A DNA stretch of 63,840 nucleotides, filler included, from Welwitschia mirabilis (taxonomy: Eukaryota), in NCBI GenBank assembly GCA_051453625.1. It is 5 parts of one record of this genome, joined end to end, with 100 filler letters (N's around TTAATTAATTAA, not from the genome) between each part and the next. Parts side by side here need not be neighbours in the genome. Positions count along the whole stretch, not along the records: positions 14,559 to 30,633 come from JBOZIK010000001.1; positions 30,734 to 44,290 come from JBOZIK010000001.1; 3 more parts are not named here. The stretch is one strand, 5' to 3'. The position numbers and the translations under genes are program-made. How positions within the stretch are numbered: the first letter of the stretch is position 1; the number at the start of each line of letters is the position of its first letter. Positions 26,190-39,675 of the stretch are shown one piece after another. The notes beneath the pieces were generated by a model. The model was not told the DNA's origin and made no database searches. It was given only the letters and a program-made list of their open reading frames with translations.

Positions 26190-28115
26190 GGGATAATGTT
26201 GAGCTTAAAAATTTACATGTCTATACAACTTTTAGTGGAGAAAATGAAGAGAATCCCCTTCAATACATTGCAGATATTGAACAACTAATCCTCACATCAA
26301 GGAATGGAAAGAAAAAATCAGTGATAGAAAATACATGGTAATTTTTCCCATGACAAGGATAAAACCAAAAATTGATTAAAAACCAACCATACCCTACAAA
26401 AGCTTAAAAACTTGAGATCAAGTCAAATGAACTTTTGTAAAAAGATTCATAAGTGAAGAAACTATGAAAAAGAAGAGAAAAGAAATAAAGACTTTCAATA
26501 AAATCAAATGAAGATTATGCCTCCACTTATGAATGTTTCTTCATAGCAATTCATTCTAATCCATTAGATAATTTTTTAAGAATAGAACAACTAGACTATT
26601 TTTATAGTGGATTAACTCCCCACACAAAACAACTTAGAGATTTTTTTGGTGGTGGAAACCTCATGAACCTTACATTAGAAGATTCTTGNNNNNNNNNNNN
26701 NNNNNNNNNNNNNNNNNNNNNNNNNNNNNNNNNNNNNNNNNNNNNNNNNNNNNNNNNNNNNNNNNNNNNNNNNNNNNNNNNNNNNNNNNNNNNNNNNNNN
26801 NNNNNNNNNNNNNNNNNNNNNNNNNNNNNNNNNNNNNNNNNNNNNNNNNNNNNNNNNNNNNNNNNNNNNNNNNNNNNNNNNNNNNNNNNNNNNNNNNNNN
26901 NNNNNNNNNNNNNNNNNNNNNNNNNNNNNNNNNNNNNNNNNNNNNNNNNNNNNNNNNNNNNNNNNNNNNNNNNNNNNNNNNNNNNNNNNNNNNNNNNNNN
27001 NNNNNNNNNNNNNNNNNNNNNNNNNNNNNNNCAAAATCCAGCACAATCAAGATTAAACACTTATTTTCAAAACAAGTCTCAACCTTTTAGAAACCAATTC
27101 GAGAATGCAAACTACCCACCAAGTTCATTTAACTACCAACATCCAAATGATCTAATCACAAACCTTGTGAATGAAATTAGAAAACAAAATGCTAACTTTA
27201 AAAGATAAAGTATCAACTTTGAAAAATCAAATGCCCACATGAAAACTTTATAAACATCCTTTAACAAATAATATTGGCAAACCAAAGATCTTAAGGAACT
27301 TTAACAAAAATCAAATGAAGATTATACCTCCATATATGAACGTTTCTTTATAGCAATCCATTCTAATCCAGTAGATAATTTTTCAAGAATAGAACAACTA
27401 GACTATTTTTATAGTGGATTAACTTCCCACACAAAACAACTTGTAGACTTTTTTGGTGATGAAAACCTCATGAACCTTATATTAGAGGATTCCTGGATAA
27501 AATTAAAAGAACTTGTGGAGGTTAGTCAAACCTAGTTAATACCTAACGAAAATTAAAATGTAGGTCAATTCATTAAGGACTTAAAAAATATTAAATAATA
27601 AAAAGAGATAGAATCTAATCCTATAAATTCCATGAAAGATTTTACAACAACCTTGAATAAGTATGCAAAATTGAACTTAGATGCTAAAATTGCAACAGAA
27701 AGAAATGTTTTACAAACTTGTGATTTATGTAAGGATAATTATCACGTTACTAAAAATAGTTCTCTTTTGCCAACATATAAAGAAAGAATACGAAAAGAAG
27801 TTTGTGCTTTTAAGAAAACCTCTCAAAACTTCTGAAATCAAAATCAAGAACAACTAAAGTTAAACACTCATTTTCAAAATAATTCCCAACCTTTTAGAAA
27901 CTGATTCAAAAATGCAAATTAATCACCAAGTTCATCTAACTACTAACATCCAAATGGTTTAATCACAAACCTTGTAAATAAAATTAGAAAACAAAATCCT
28001 AACTTTGAAAGATAAAATATCACCTTTAAAAGATCAAATGCCAACATGAAAAACTTAATGAACATTCTTTAACAAATAATATTAGCAAACTAAAGACATC
28101 AAGGAACTTTAGCAA
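26190..28115 (+). pseudogene. Athila-like gag remnant, internally duplicated
   Basis: NVELKNLHVYTTFSGENEENPLQYIADIEQL; QKSNEDYTSIYERFFIAIHSNP...LDYFYSGLTSHTKQLVDFFG..NLMNL.LEDSW; TCDLCKDNYH. All match the Athila gag layout. Confidence 0.8.
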
Positions 28116-28527
28116 AAAAATATTTACCAAACCCAAATGAACTAAGAAAAGATTATAAGGTTGTAATAAGAAGTGACAAGAAATAAACCCTCCTTCATGT
28201 GAACCTTCCATCTCTCAAATTAACTTTAGAAATGATGAAGAAGAAGAGGAAGAGGACATTAAGATACTAGAAGATTACAACTTCCCTTCTCTTGGCAAAA
28301 AGAAAAAGAAAAATACTTCCCAAAAAACCATCCCCTAGATTGATAGGCTTAACAACAATTCAACTTTCAATGATCATTTAAAAGCCTTGATGAAAAATGT
28401 AGACATAAAATTACCCTTTTGAAAATTTTTATAGGAAAACCTAGGGTACTCAAAATTATGGAAAGACTTAATAAGAAGAAAACATACAAGAGTTATCCCT
28501 AGCAAGGTCTTTCTTGTCCAATTCCTC

Positions 28528-28734
28528 ATGAATTTAGTGTTACAAAAATCACCCAAATTTAAATACCCAGGAGTAGCAATGATGAATGTTACTTTGGAGG
28601 AAAACAAAAAGATTAGAAAAGCCTTGATTGACATTGGAGTGAGTGTTAATATTATGCCACTTCATATTTGCAAGAGACTTGATTTGGAAGATAGAGTAGA
28701 GCCTGCTCCAGTTGTCTTAAAATTAGCAAATACA
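28528..28734 (+). pseudogene. Athila-like aspartic protease
   Basis: PKFKYPG...KALIDIGVSVNIMPLHICKRLDL...VLKLANT corresponds to PKLKDPG...ALCDLGASINLMP...LQLAD. Confidence 0.9.
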
Positions 28735-30633
28735 NNNNNNNNNNNNNNNNNNNNNNNNNNNNNNNNNNNNNNNNNNNNNNNNNNNNNNNNNNNNNNNNNN
28801 NNNNNNNNNNNNNNNNNNNNNNNNNNNNNNNNNNGATACTAGAAGATTACAACTTCCCTTCTCTTGACAAAAAGAAAAAATAAAAATACTTCCTAGTAAA
28901 CCACCCCCTTGATGGATAGGCTTAACAATAATTTAACTTTTCATGATCATTTAAAAGCCTTGATGAAAAACGTGAGCATATATTTACCTTTTTATAAAGT
29001 TTTTTAGGAAAATCCAAGGTACTCAAAATTATGGAAAAACCTTATAAGAAGAAAACATAAACAAGTTATTTCTGGTAAAGTCTTTCTTACCCAATCCCTC
29101 ATGAATTTAGTGTTATAAANNNNNNNNNNNNNNNNNNNNNNNNNNNNNNNNNNNNNNNNNNNNNNNNNNNNNNNNNNNNNNNNNNNNNNNNNNNNNNNNN
29201 NNNNNNNNNNNNNNNNNNNNNNNNNNNNNNNNNNNNNNNNNNNNNNNNNNNNNNNNNNNNNNNNNNNNNNNNNNNNNNNNNNNNNNNNNNNNNNNNNNNN
29301 NNNNNNNNNNNNNNNNNNNNNNNNNNNNNNNNNNNNNNNNNNNNNNNNNNNNNNNNNNNNNNNNNNNNNNNNNNNNNNNNNNNNNNNNNNNNNNNNNNNN
29401 NNNNNNNNNNNNNNNNNNNNNNNNNNNNNNNNNNNNNNNNNNNNNNNNNNNNNNNNNNNNNNNNNNNNNNNNNNNNNNNNNNNNNNNNNNNNNNNNNNNN
29501 NNNNNNNNNNNNNNNNNNNNNNNNNNNNNNNNNNNNNNNNNNNNNNNNNNNNNNNNNNNNNNNNNNNNNNNNNNNNNNNNNNNNNNNNNNNNNNNNNNNN
29601 NNNNNNNNNNNNNNNNNNNNNNNNNNNNNNNNNNNNNNNNNNNNNNNNNNNNNNNNNNNNNNNNNNNNNNNNNNNNNNNNNNNNNNNNNNNNNNNNNNNN
29701 NNNNNNNNNNNNNNNNNNNNNNNNNNNNNNNNNNNNNNNNNNNNNNNNNNNNNNNNNNNNNNNNNNNNNNNNNNNNNNNNNNNNNNNNNNNNNNNNNNNN
29801 NNNNNNNNNNNNNNNNNNNNNNNNNNNNNNNNNNNNNNNNNNNNNNNNNNNNNNNNNNNNNNNNNNNNNNNNNNNNNNNNNNNNNNNNNNNNNNNNNNNN
29901 NNNNNNNNNNNNNNNNNNNNNNNNNNNNNNNNNNNNNNNNNNNNNNNNNNNNNNNNNNNNNNNNNNNNNNNNNNNNNNNNNNNNNNNNNNNATGTCATTT
30001 TAGAAATAGAATCTTTACCATTAAAGTCTTTGATATAGCTGATAAATATTTAGATGATGATATGAACATTGAAGATAACATCAAACCCACTTTATTTTTA
30101 CATCACTCACTTGAAAAAAAGAGATGAAATCACATGAGCCCATGCTTTATGATGAGCAACTTTAAGATTAAAGAAACCATTAATACATCCAACTTTAAGA
30201 GTGAGAAACACCATTTAAAGTATAAGGAAGTCTAATTTCTAGATTCACACCTTGAGGGAGATTGTCTATTACATGAATCAATTAAAAATTATAAGTTGAT
30301 TTTGGATGAGAAAAATATTTTTAATGAACTTAAATATAATTCTCTTTATGATGATCAAAATAAAACTATTGCATTCAAAGAAAATCTTTTACCAGAGGTA
30401 CCATTTCTCTCCCCTTTTACTTCCAAAATTTATGCTTTAATATGGTATCATAGAGTGCTCTTCATTACTCCTCTCTTCATTTAATTGATTTTATTTAGAA
30501 ATAATTATACATCTCTTATGTTTTATCAATTGGTAATTTTTTGGTTTGGACCTTATTTCTCTAAAAATATTGAGACCAAAATAGATCCTTAATTTTCCCT
30601 TCTTTTATTTTCAATAAAAGTGTGCTTTATATT

Positions 30634-30733
30634 NNNNNNNNNNNNNNNNNNNNNNNNNNNNNNNNNNNNNNNNNNNNTTAATTAATTAANNNNNNNNNNN
30701 NNNNNNNNNNNNNNNNNNNNNNNNNNNNNNNNN
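30634..30733. other. Artificial scaffold-joining linker
   Basis: N44-TTAATTAATTAA-N44. Confidence 0.97.
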
Positions 30734-30740
30734 TACATTT

Positions 30741-30752
30741 TGGTATCAGAGC
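30741..30752 (+). promoter_or_regulatory. tRNA-iMet PBS after an LTR end (TACA)
   Basis: tacattt-TGGTATCAGAGC, exact match. Confidence 0.85.
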
Positions 30753-33700
30753 ATAGGTTACAATTTCACCAAACATAGTTATTGTGAAAAGGAGTATACA
30801 CACAATATGAAATCCTAGGTTTTAATTTTTACTGGACATGAGTTTAACATCAAGAATCTTAAATACCTTGTTCATGTTTTTCTAGACATCCAATAAAGTC
30901 CAACTAATTAAAAGAGTGTCACTGCTAAATAGATTATTATTTTAATAAAAAACATGATTTTAATAGGATTACTCATAGTTCTTTAGTATTAATATTTAAA
31001 AAAACATTTAAACCCTTTTCTTTATATTTATATTTATATAATAATAATGTTAAAAAAAAGAAGAGCATGTATATTTTATAAAGTAAAAAGAATATATTAT
31101 TAATGATCTTATATAGAAGCCTTCATCATTTATGTGAATAATATATATATGTAATAATTTATGGGGGGAAAAAGTGGATTGTAATCGAAATAGGGACTAA
31201 CATGTTTCTACTAGCATAACACCTTTACCATGGTGGTGAGAAGAATCGAATTGCCTACCTGCCATTTGTTTTCATTCCTTCCTAACATCAGTGTTGGAAG
31301 ATGTTAAAGAAGAAAACAAACATTCTTTAAGATGTGATTTTTCCATTAAAGCATAATAAAATTGAATCACAACTGGCAATGATTTGTTATGGAGATAAAG
31401 AAACCATGATATAGTTTTGGAAATTTAACACCATGAAGGGAAAGAAAACGTTGGGAAAGGAGGTAGTGGTAAATCTTATCTTAAAAATGTCCACCTTAAT
31501 GCAACTTCAATGCTAGAGTCTCATAAAACTATCTTATGTAACATAGAACTTACAGCTGGCTTAGTCATTTCAGTCACCAATGGTAGGCAGTAAGCATAGA
31601 CCATTAACATCTTATTTACAAGAAGATGAATGCTATGAAGAGGATTATGAGAAAGCATCTAGCATCATTCTTATCTTCAATCATAACTAAAAGGGGCGTT
31701 ATGCTCAAGGGCACTTGGGAGGAATAGACTAAATGTATTTAAATGAGGGGCCTCCATGTTAATAAGGAAGGAATTAAAGAGATTTAAAAACACTAATTAG
31801 GAAGATTTCTAAGATTTTATAATATGCCTATCTACAAGAGTAGTGAACTTCTCACTAAGAGTTTGGTATTGATTAACAGCATTAGCATTTAGAGTTTGAG
31901 GATAGAAAAACAACAAGGACAATGGCAAGAATGAGTGAAAGACAAGGCAGAGGATAAGCAAAAGAAGCCAAAGGATTTTTTTTTCATTCTCAATCTTCAG
32001 ATAATCCCTATTATTATGATTGCAAGCATTGTTTTGGGAGTTTTTTCTATTTTGCTCTTTTACATTTCAACTGAAGTTGGTCTTTGTCTTGATATCTTTT
32101 TCCTAATTATTTCCTTATATTATTATTTTCTCTTCATAGTTATTCATAGATGCACCCTGATAATCTCATTTTTCTAGTCCTATTTTGCTCTTGCAGTTAG
32201 ATTGCTATTAGCTTAACTTATTCTTACACTTCTTATAAGGTTCCACGACCTCTATATTCTCTTGTTAGGATAAAGAACAACATTGAAATAATGCTTTACT
32301 TTGCAAGAATGAAAAGGATTCTTGAGGTGAACAGTCTTCATTTGTGCAAAATCTTTGGGATAATGAAATTATTATACTCAACTCTATTTTAGCGATGTAT
32401 AATTGTAAATCTATTAATATCATGAAGCTTTTAACTATTATTCTTCTTATTATTATTATTATTATCCATGAGACCTTTTACCTGAAACTCAATGCCTTCT
32501 TTTTTGAAATTCATTTCAACCATCTCTTTTGATGCTATCTTTTACAAATCTATAATAATCAAGGAAAATAGTTCCTTCTCTCCATGTGTAAAAGTATCGC
32601 TTTCCTCATTTTTACATTTCATGGGTATTCCCTCCTAGTTCCAAATTGAATGACGATGAAGCTAGTAAAATTAAAAACTAATTATAACTAATAATAACCT
32701 TTTATGATGCTGATAAAAGTTCTGCGAGCATGAAAAAGTTATTAAAATTTTGCCCATATCAACAGTAAAACTACTACTATGTTTTATCTTTTATTCCTTC
32801 ATCTTATTCATCCAAGCATAGGATCAATTACCATTCCTATATTAAAATTTCTAGTTCTCTTCCTAATTTTGAAGTAAGCACCTTAGCTAAGAAGAGAGAC
32901 TACACCTACACTGTTATTTATTACTACTGCTACTAGCACTGTTAGCCTCTCTTATTTCCTACTATCTTTCCTATTTTCACTGGTTAACTACATTGACCTT
33001 ATTTAATTTTGACGTCAATGTTGTCCATTGTGCTAGCCTAGTTTTCTATCATTGCTTAGCTAAATACCTTCAGAAATTAATTCCCAACCCTAACTTTAGC
33101 CCTTCTGAAGAAGGAGGTAACACTTGGTCTTTAAAGAGAGATTACTCAGGAGGTAGACCCAATTCTTAGCCTAATTATAAATGAAGAGAAGGGGAAGATT
33201 CTGTGAAGAAGGTAGCCCAATTCCAATCCATAGTTAGGGTCAATCCTAAAAAGGTAGAGAAAGTAATGAGTACATTTCTGCTAGAGGAAGGTCAAACATA
33301 TTTATTTAAAGATTAATGGTTGAATATTCTTAGAAGGACATGATGCCTGTTATAATGGATGTCTCTAGTTAGAAACTTCCTTCTGTAAACAACAAAGGTG
33401 AATGTAGTGAGTGTAATTCAAGAAAGTAGNNNNNNNNNNNNNNNNNNNNNNNNNNNNNNNNNNNNNNNNNNNNNNNNNNNNNNNNNNNNNNNNNNNNNNN
33501 NNNNNNNNNNNNNNNNNNNNNNNNNNNNNNNNNNNNNNNNNNNNNNNNNNNNNNNNNNNNNNNNNNNNNNNNNNNNNNNNNNNNNNNNNNNNNNNNNNNN
33601 NNNNNNNNNNNNNNNNNNNNNNNNNNNNNNNNNNNNNNNNNNNNNNNNNNNNNNNNNNNNNNNNNNNNNNNNNNNNNNNNNNNNNNNNNNNNNNNNNNNN

Positions 33701-36700
33701 NNNNNNNNNNNNNNNNNNNNNNNNNNNNNNNNNNNNNNNNNNNNNNNNNNNNNNNNNNNNNNNNNNNNNNNNNNNNNNNNNNNNNNNNNNNNNNNNNNNN
33801 NNNNNNNNNNNNNNNNNNNNNNNNNNNNNNNNNNNNNNNNNNNNNNNNNNNNNNNNNNNNNNNNNNNNNNNNNNNNNNNNNNNNNNNNNNNNNNNNNNNN
33901 NNNNNNNNNNNNNNNNNNNNNNNNNNNNNNNNNNNNNNNNNNNNNNNNNNNNNNNNNNNNNNNNNNNNNNNNNNNNNNNNNNNNNNNNNNNNNNNNNNNN
34001 NNNNNNNNNNNNNNNNNNNNNNNNNNNNNNNNNNNNNNNNNNNNNNNNNNNNNNNNNNNNNNNNNNNNNNNNNNNNNNNNNNNNNNNNNNNNNNNNNNNN
34101 NNNNNNNNNNNNNNNNNNNNNNNNNNNNNNNNNNNNNNNNNNNNNNNNNNNNNNNNNNNNNNNNNNNNNNNNNNNNNNNNNNNNNNNNNNNNNNNNNNNN
34201 NNNNNNNNNNNNNNNNNNNNNNNNNNNNNNNNNNNNNNNNNNNNNNNNNNNNNNNNNNNNNNNNNNNNNNNNNNNNNNTTTACTTCACCTTTTGTTTCAT
34301 GTAGTTTATAGGAAAATAAAATCAAGGATAGTTTAACCATTTTATAATAGAGATCTGACCTCGTAGATGGGCATTAAGATCACAAACAAGCAGAGGAGAA
34401 AATGAGAAATTCACTATTACGAATTTTAATGGACTATCCTCATCGCTGAGTTACTATCATGTTATGATAATTTTATAATCACAAATTTTATTCATACTAT
34501 GGTATTCATATGAATAAAAGAAAGGCGTGTACCATCTCCTTTATATATAATATGATCTATTTCAACATTTCATGCTCTTCTTATTTTCATTCTTTAAATT
34601 CACTCTTTCCCCTGTACTATGATATGCATCACTTGTCTGAAGCTTCTATTATGTCAACGGCTCTTGCCTTTACTTACTTCTTTGCAGATGAAGTGCATCA
34701 AGTTTTCTTTATGTCCTAAAGGGTATGAAGATCTAGGTTGATACATTATGAGGTTGTTTAATCTAAATGTGTTTTAGTGATCATTTTTAACCATTACATT
34801 CTACCTTTCAATGTGGTTTCTGTCCATGTGTCCATCACTGATTGCAGGAAATTCAAATGAAAATGGAGAAGAAAGGGTTAACTAAAAAAATGGAGATTTA
34901 AAATTCAACTTGGTATTTTTCAACAATGCTATAGTATAGAATTCATAGAAATTTCCATGTCATCCACTAATGAATAAGAACACTCCACACAAATAACTGA
35001 GTCATTGCAAAAATAGTTGAGTCAAGCTAATAACGCAATTATTTTTACTCTTCTTTCTAATACATATAGTAACAAACAGATAAATGAATTACTTTCCAAG
35101 TAGATTTCAGTGGTATGACAACCTTAATTAGAAGTTGAGATAATTATAGAAAAGAAGAAAAAATTCCTACTAAATTTTGCGAAACCTAAACATAATTGAT
35201 GTAAGAAGGGGGAGTACATCTGATTAAATCCAAAGTTAAAAAGAAACACCTTACTTATCATGTCCTTGAAGGCTAGTTAAGATGTTTCTTTGATACTTTA
35301 CTTGCAAGAATTATATCATTTTGAAGTATTTTCTTATTTTGTCTTTAAATTCTTTGTATTAATATACTCCCTTGTGATATTCAAGCTATGAAACTTTTCC
35401 ATATTTAAAAGGTTTAGCCATTGATAAATTATATTCCTTCCTATTACATGAACCTTCATACTTTGTATGTTTAGATCCTATTATAAGAGAGGATTCCCAT
35501 CTTATTTTTCTTTTTATGTTTTTAAAGCTATATAAGTTATTTTAATTTATAACTCTTTGAGTAAGACTAATTATATCTTTATTAATTTTAAACTTTTATG
35601 ATAATAACATTACCCTATGTTCATGTTGTTTAACTCATTTGTGACTTTAAACTTACATAGATATAAGATCTAATTTCTCTTATCATCCATTTTTATACTT
35701 TATATGTTTGAAGCTCATTGGAGATGTTATTTTCTTAAAGTTAAAATTTAGTATTTGTCTAGGATATTATCAAAACTATTAAGTTAACTTTAGCCCCTTC
35801 TATACAAGTCAATATCTTTAAATCACACTTGTAAGATAGATAAGATTTCCCAAAATCATTGAACTAATAATCTTACTTTGTGTATTCTTTAATATTGGTT
35901 CTCATCTCTTTCTACCTTGTATTCAAGAATGCACCTAAGGTCTAATACAACCTCTTATTTTTAGATCCTAGATCAACCTAAAATCCTAAATTCTAGTCAA
36001 CAAGAAGGTAGAACATTTTTAATACCTTAAGTAGAGAGCAACATATACACATCTTATAATGTCTCATACAAATCTTCAACATCTCCTCTCTATATACACT
36101 GATGTATGGATTGTTTACCAATAAATTATGAGAGATTATTTGATTAGGCTTCTTAACTTTTTACTTATCTTGGAAACCTTCATCATCAATAAAGTTTATT
36201 AGCAATATTAATTGATTTCTCTTCTTAGCTACCATTGGCCTGTATAGTGTAATTCTTAGTGGCATGGTAAAAAAATAATAAACTTATTTTCCACATTAAA
36301 TCCTCTACTTAGTATGCTTAAAGATGCTATAATACACATGTAAGCTATTGAAGTGGAAATTCAACTAAATTATACATGGAAAACTGTTAATGAAGCTTGA
36401 AAGAAGAAGTGCACAATAAAGGAGTACCATGTGAAAAAGGTCTACAATTTTGAAAACTTAAGCTTAAGGAATTTCTATATAATAGCTTTAGAAGTATGTG
36501 TCACAATTTGAAGTAAGATATTAATGTATTACTATATTTGAGTTGTAGTTTTGGACCTAATGGTTTATGCACATCTTGCTTTGGTCAACGTAAAGAGGTC
36601 ATTAAAATATTTTAGCCTATGAAATTAAATGGTTTAACTTATTTTTAAGTGTATTTAACTATTTTGTTAGAAATTCCTGCATGAAAAATATACTAGTTCA

Positions 36701-37199
36701 TAACATTTTCCCTAATTAAATAATCATTATATTCCTAAAAAATGGAAAAGATTAGAAGGTCATGACTAACATAAGATTTTGTCTTATTTTTTGAAGTTAA
36801 TATGCCATGAAGTTTAGCATTATGATGAAGGTGAATAGGCATTTCACTTAAGGATAAGTTTTATGAATCTTTAGATTGATGTTATCAATTGCCTAGGCTA
36901 AGCTATGTAAATTTATTTATTGAAAAAAATAGTGTGAAGCTAAAGGTTATCCTATACCAACTACTTCTAACATAAAGGCAATTAAGAAGAACTTCTAACA
37001 TGCACTTTGTAGTAAGTTTATCAATATGAAGAAGAAGGAATATGGCTTTATATTTTTATGTGAAGTGCTTAGTAAGATGTCATAATTCATGTTATAAATG
37101 AAGATATTAATGACAAATTAAATTGCCAAATTAATCTTTAGGAAGATTGTGAAGTTTTATATGTCTGTAAAGACAACTTTTTAATACATATTGTGGAGA

Positions 37200-37335
37200 A
37201 TATTTTCAAGATTACTAGATACAATATAACCAATTTATAGAAGTAGTAACTTGAAAGACAAAATTAGGTGTTAATCAGTGGAGACCTAATCTTTTGACAA
37301 GTTTCAAGGATAAAACTTCTTAAGGAGTTAAGAAA
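37200..37335 (+). pseudogene. Chromovirus (Tekay-like) pol 3' end (chromodomain tail) and PPT
   Basis: EVVT*KTKLGVNQWRPNLL resembles EEATWE...P.LF. It is followed by ttcaaggataaaacttcttaaggagttaagaaa, a decayed TTCGAGGACGAAAC...TAAGGGGGGAGAA, directly before the LTR. Confidence 0.6.
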
Positions 37336-39675
37336 TGTCACGTCCATATTTTTACTTTTTTCATATGATTTGTAAAGTTTATGTTTAATGAAGCATTTAG
37401 AAAATATTGAATTATTTGAAATCTCTAGTTGTTATAAATGGTATATTCTTGAAATGCAATCTTATTAAATTGTAATATGAGTACCTTTTGATCAAATGCT
37501 TTCATACAATTTTCAAATGCTCTTATGGTGGAAATGATTTCTTTTATTTACTTATGCACTTTTTAGAAATTATGCTGAATTAAATGTATATTGTGGAGAC
37601 ATGTTATTTATTTTTCTTCCTNNNNNNNNNNNNNNNNNNNNNNNNNNNNNNNNNNNNNNNNNNNNNNNNNNNNNNNNNNNNNNNNNNNNNNNNNNNNNNN
37701 NNNNNNNNNNNNNNNNNNNNNNNNNNNNNNNNNNNNNNNNNNNNNNNNNNNNNNNNNNNNNNNNNNNNNNNNNNNNNNNNNNNNNNNNNNNNNNNNNNNN
37801 NNNNNNNNNNNNNNNNNNNNNNNNNNNNNNNNNNNNNNNNNNNNNNNNNNNNNNNNNNNNNNNNNNNNNNNNNNNNNNNNNNNNNNNNNNNNNNNNNNNN
37901 NNNNNNNNNNNNNNGGTTCTTTACTTTCATGCTTCCTTAGTGATCCTTTCTTATGCATGTTGTATTGAAATCATCATGTTTATATATGGATTTATTTTCT
38001 TGAATTTCCTTGATGGTTCTTTCTTATACATTTGTTTATTGAGATTGATGCATATGTATTCCTATAAGTTAGTTGTTAAATCATATGTTGCTTGAATAAG
38101 AAAAATCTATGTTGACACATATCTCATCTTTATTTACCTTTCCTCAATATCTTAAAGTTATCTTCTTCTATGAGATGAAAATTTGTGATTAAATCCTATC
38201 GTACTCATCTTGTTATCTATTTTTTAAGTTTTGTCAAGGTGTTATGGTGTGGTTAACTTCTCTTAGCTTTATGATATCATCTTGTTGGACTTATGGTTAT
38301 GGATTTTTTAGATATTATCAAATAAGACAGTGAAATTCATAGATCACCAAACAAAGTAGTGAAGATAGAATTCCATAGATCATCAAATGAGGCAGTGGGA
38401 ATATTATATTACATAGATTGCCGAAGGAAGCAGTGGGATTCATAGATCGCCAAACAAGGTAGTTAATTTAATGATGATTGAGATTATGTATATTATATTT
38501 GATATTCTAATTCATAATCACAAGCTCATTATCTGTGTTATATCTTGAATTTCTTGAAGTTTTAAATTATCTTTTCTATCTTAATCATTAAATAATCTTG
38601 TCAAAATACCTATTCTTACCTAGGTCATACTAGTGGCTTTGAAATTTTCACAGTTCTCATTCCATACCTTTTTGTGATAGGTGGTGAATCTGGAGTCTAA
38701 TTGCTAAGATGGCATGAGTTCATGAAGGATCATTGGATCTATATTAGTGGAAAAATCTTATGATTAATTGTATCTCTTTTTGGCTATTGAAGTTAAATAC
38801 CTGAATACATGAACATTCAATGTGTTATTTTTTATTATGATGAGAGACAGACTCTATTTATTCATAAGTGTGTGGCTTGCATTTTTATATGGAATGATCA
38901 TTTTCCTTTTTAAAATAAAATNNNNNNNNNNNNNGTTATATTTTTCAATTATTATCTGATGAAATTTATTAAAACCTGAATCTTTATCCATGTGTTTATG
39001 AAATATTTTATTGGATATCGAATGGAAAAATTATGGATTCTTGAGAATCTTTTTGGAATAAACTTGAATCTATGCATTATTATTATATTATAATTAGAAA
39101 TTTTCATTGGAAAATTTTATTGGAAAAATTTGCTAATATTTCATGATAAGTTGATGTTTTCTTGAGTCTATTAAAAGTTTTGTAATGTATCTTTGATAAA
39201 AAAAATCTTTATATGGACAAGAGACTTTCCCTCCTTTCTAAAAGAATTTAAATCCAAAGATCAAGAAGTTACCTTTCCTCTTGAAATTAATTAAGGATTA
39301 TATAATTAGTTAGTATGAAAGACCCCTTTAAAAAAAACCTAATTTAAGATATCATGGAGGAGAGGATCACCTTAAAAAGAGCCATTATTAAGGAAGTTAA
39401 AAATTCTTGAGATGACGTTACAGATTTTAAATTTTCTATCAGTAATATAGATAGTTTTTAATTAATGATTTGGATATAGGAGAATAAGGAGGATTTAATC
39501 TCTTACTAAATAAGAAACATTTGTAAGTTTAGAAAAACAAATGTAGGCATTATACCTTATTATCAGAGTGTTAGAGCGTTCTTGAAGTTTCAACATAAGA
39601 AAATTGGGGTTTCACATTTTGGTATCAAAGTGTTAAAGACGAAGATTTTCAACTATTAAAATTTGGGGTGCTACA
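37336..39675 (+). mobile_element. Tekay/Del-like 3' LTR; homology to 22268-24370 runs to about 39297, right end uncertain
   Basis: Starts TGTCACGTCC after the PPT and has the same internal minisatellite (38320-38460). LTR-end-like GGGGTGCTACA at 39665-39675. Confidence 0.7.

Noticed and set aside
30741..37200. Endogenous caulimovirus after TGGTATCAGAGC, or one continuous Tekay pol
   Set aside because: No movement-protein, coat or RT motif recognised. The PBS follows an LTR-like TACA, and the region looks like several heavily decayed nested fragments (possible copia gag on the minus strand at about 32300-32630) that I cannot assign.
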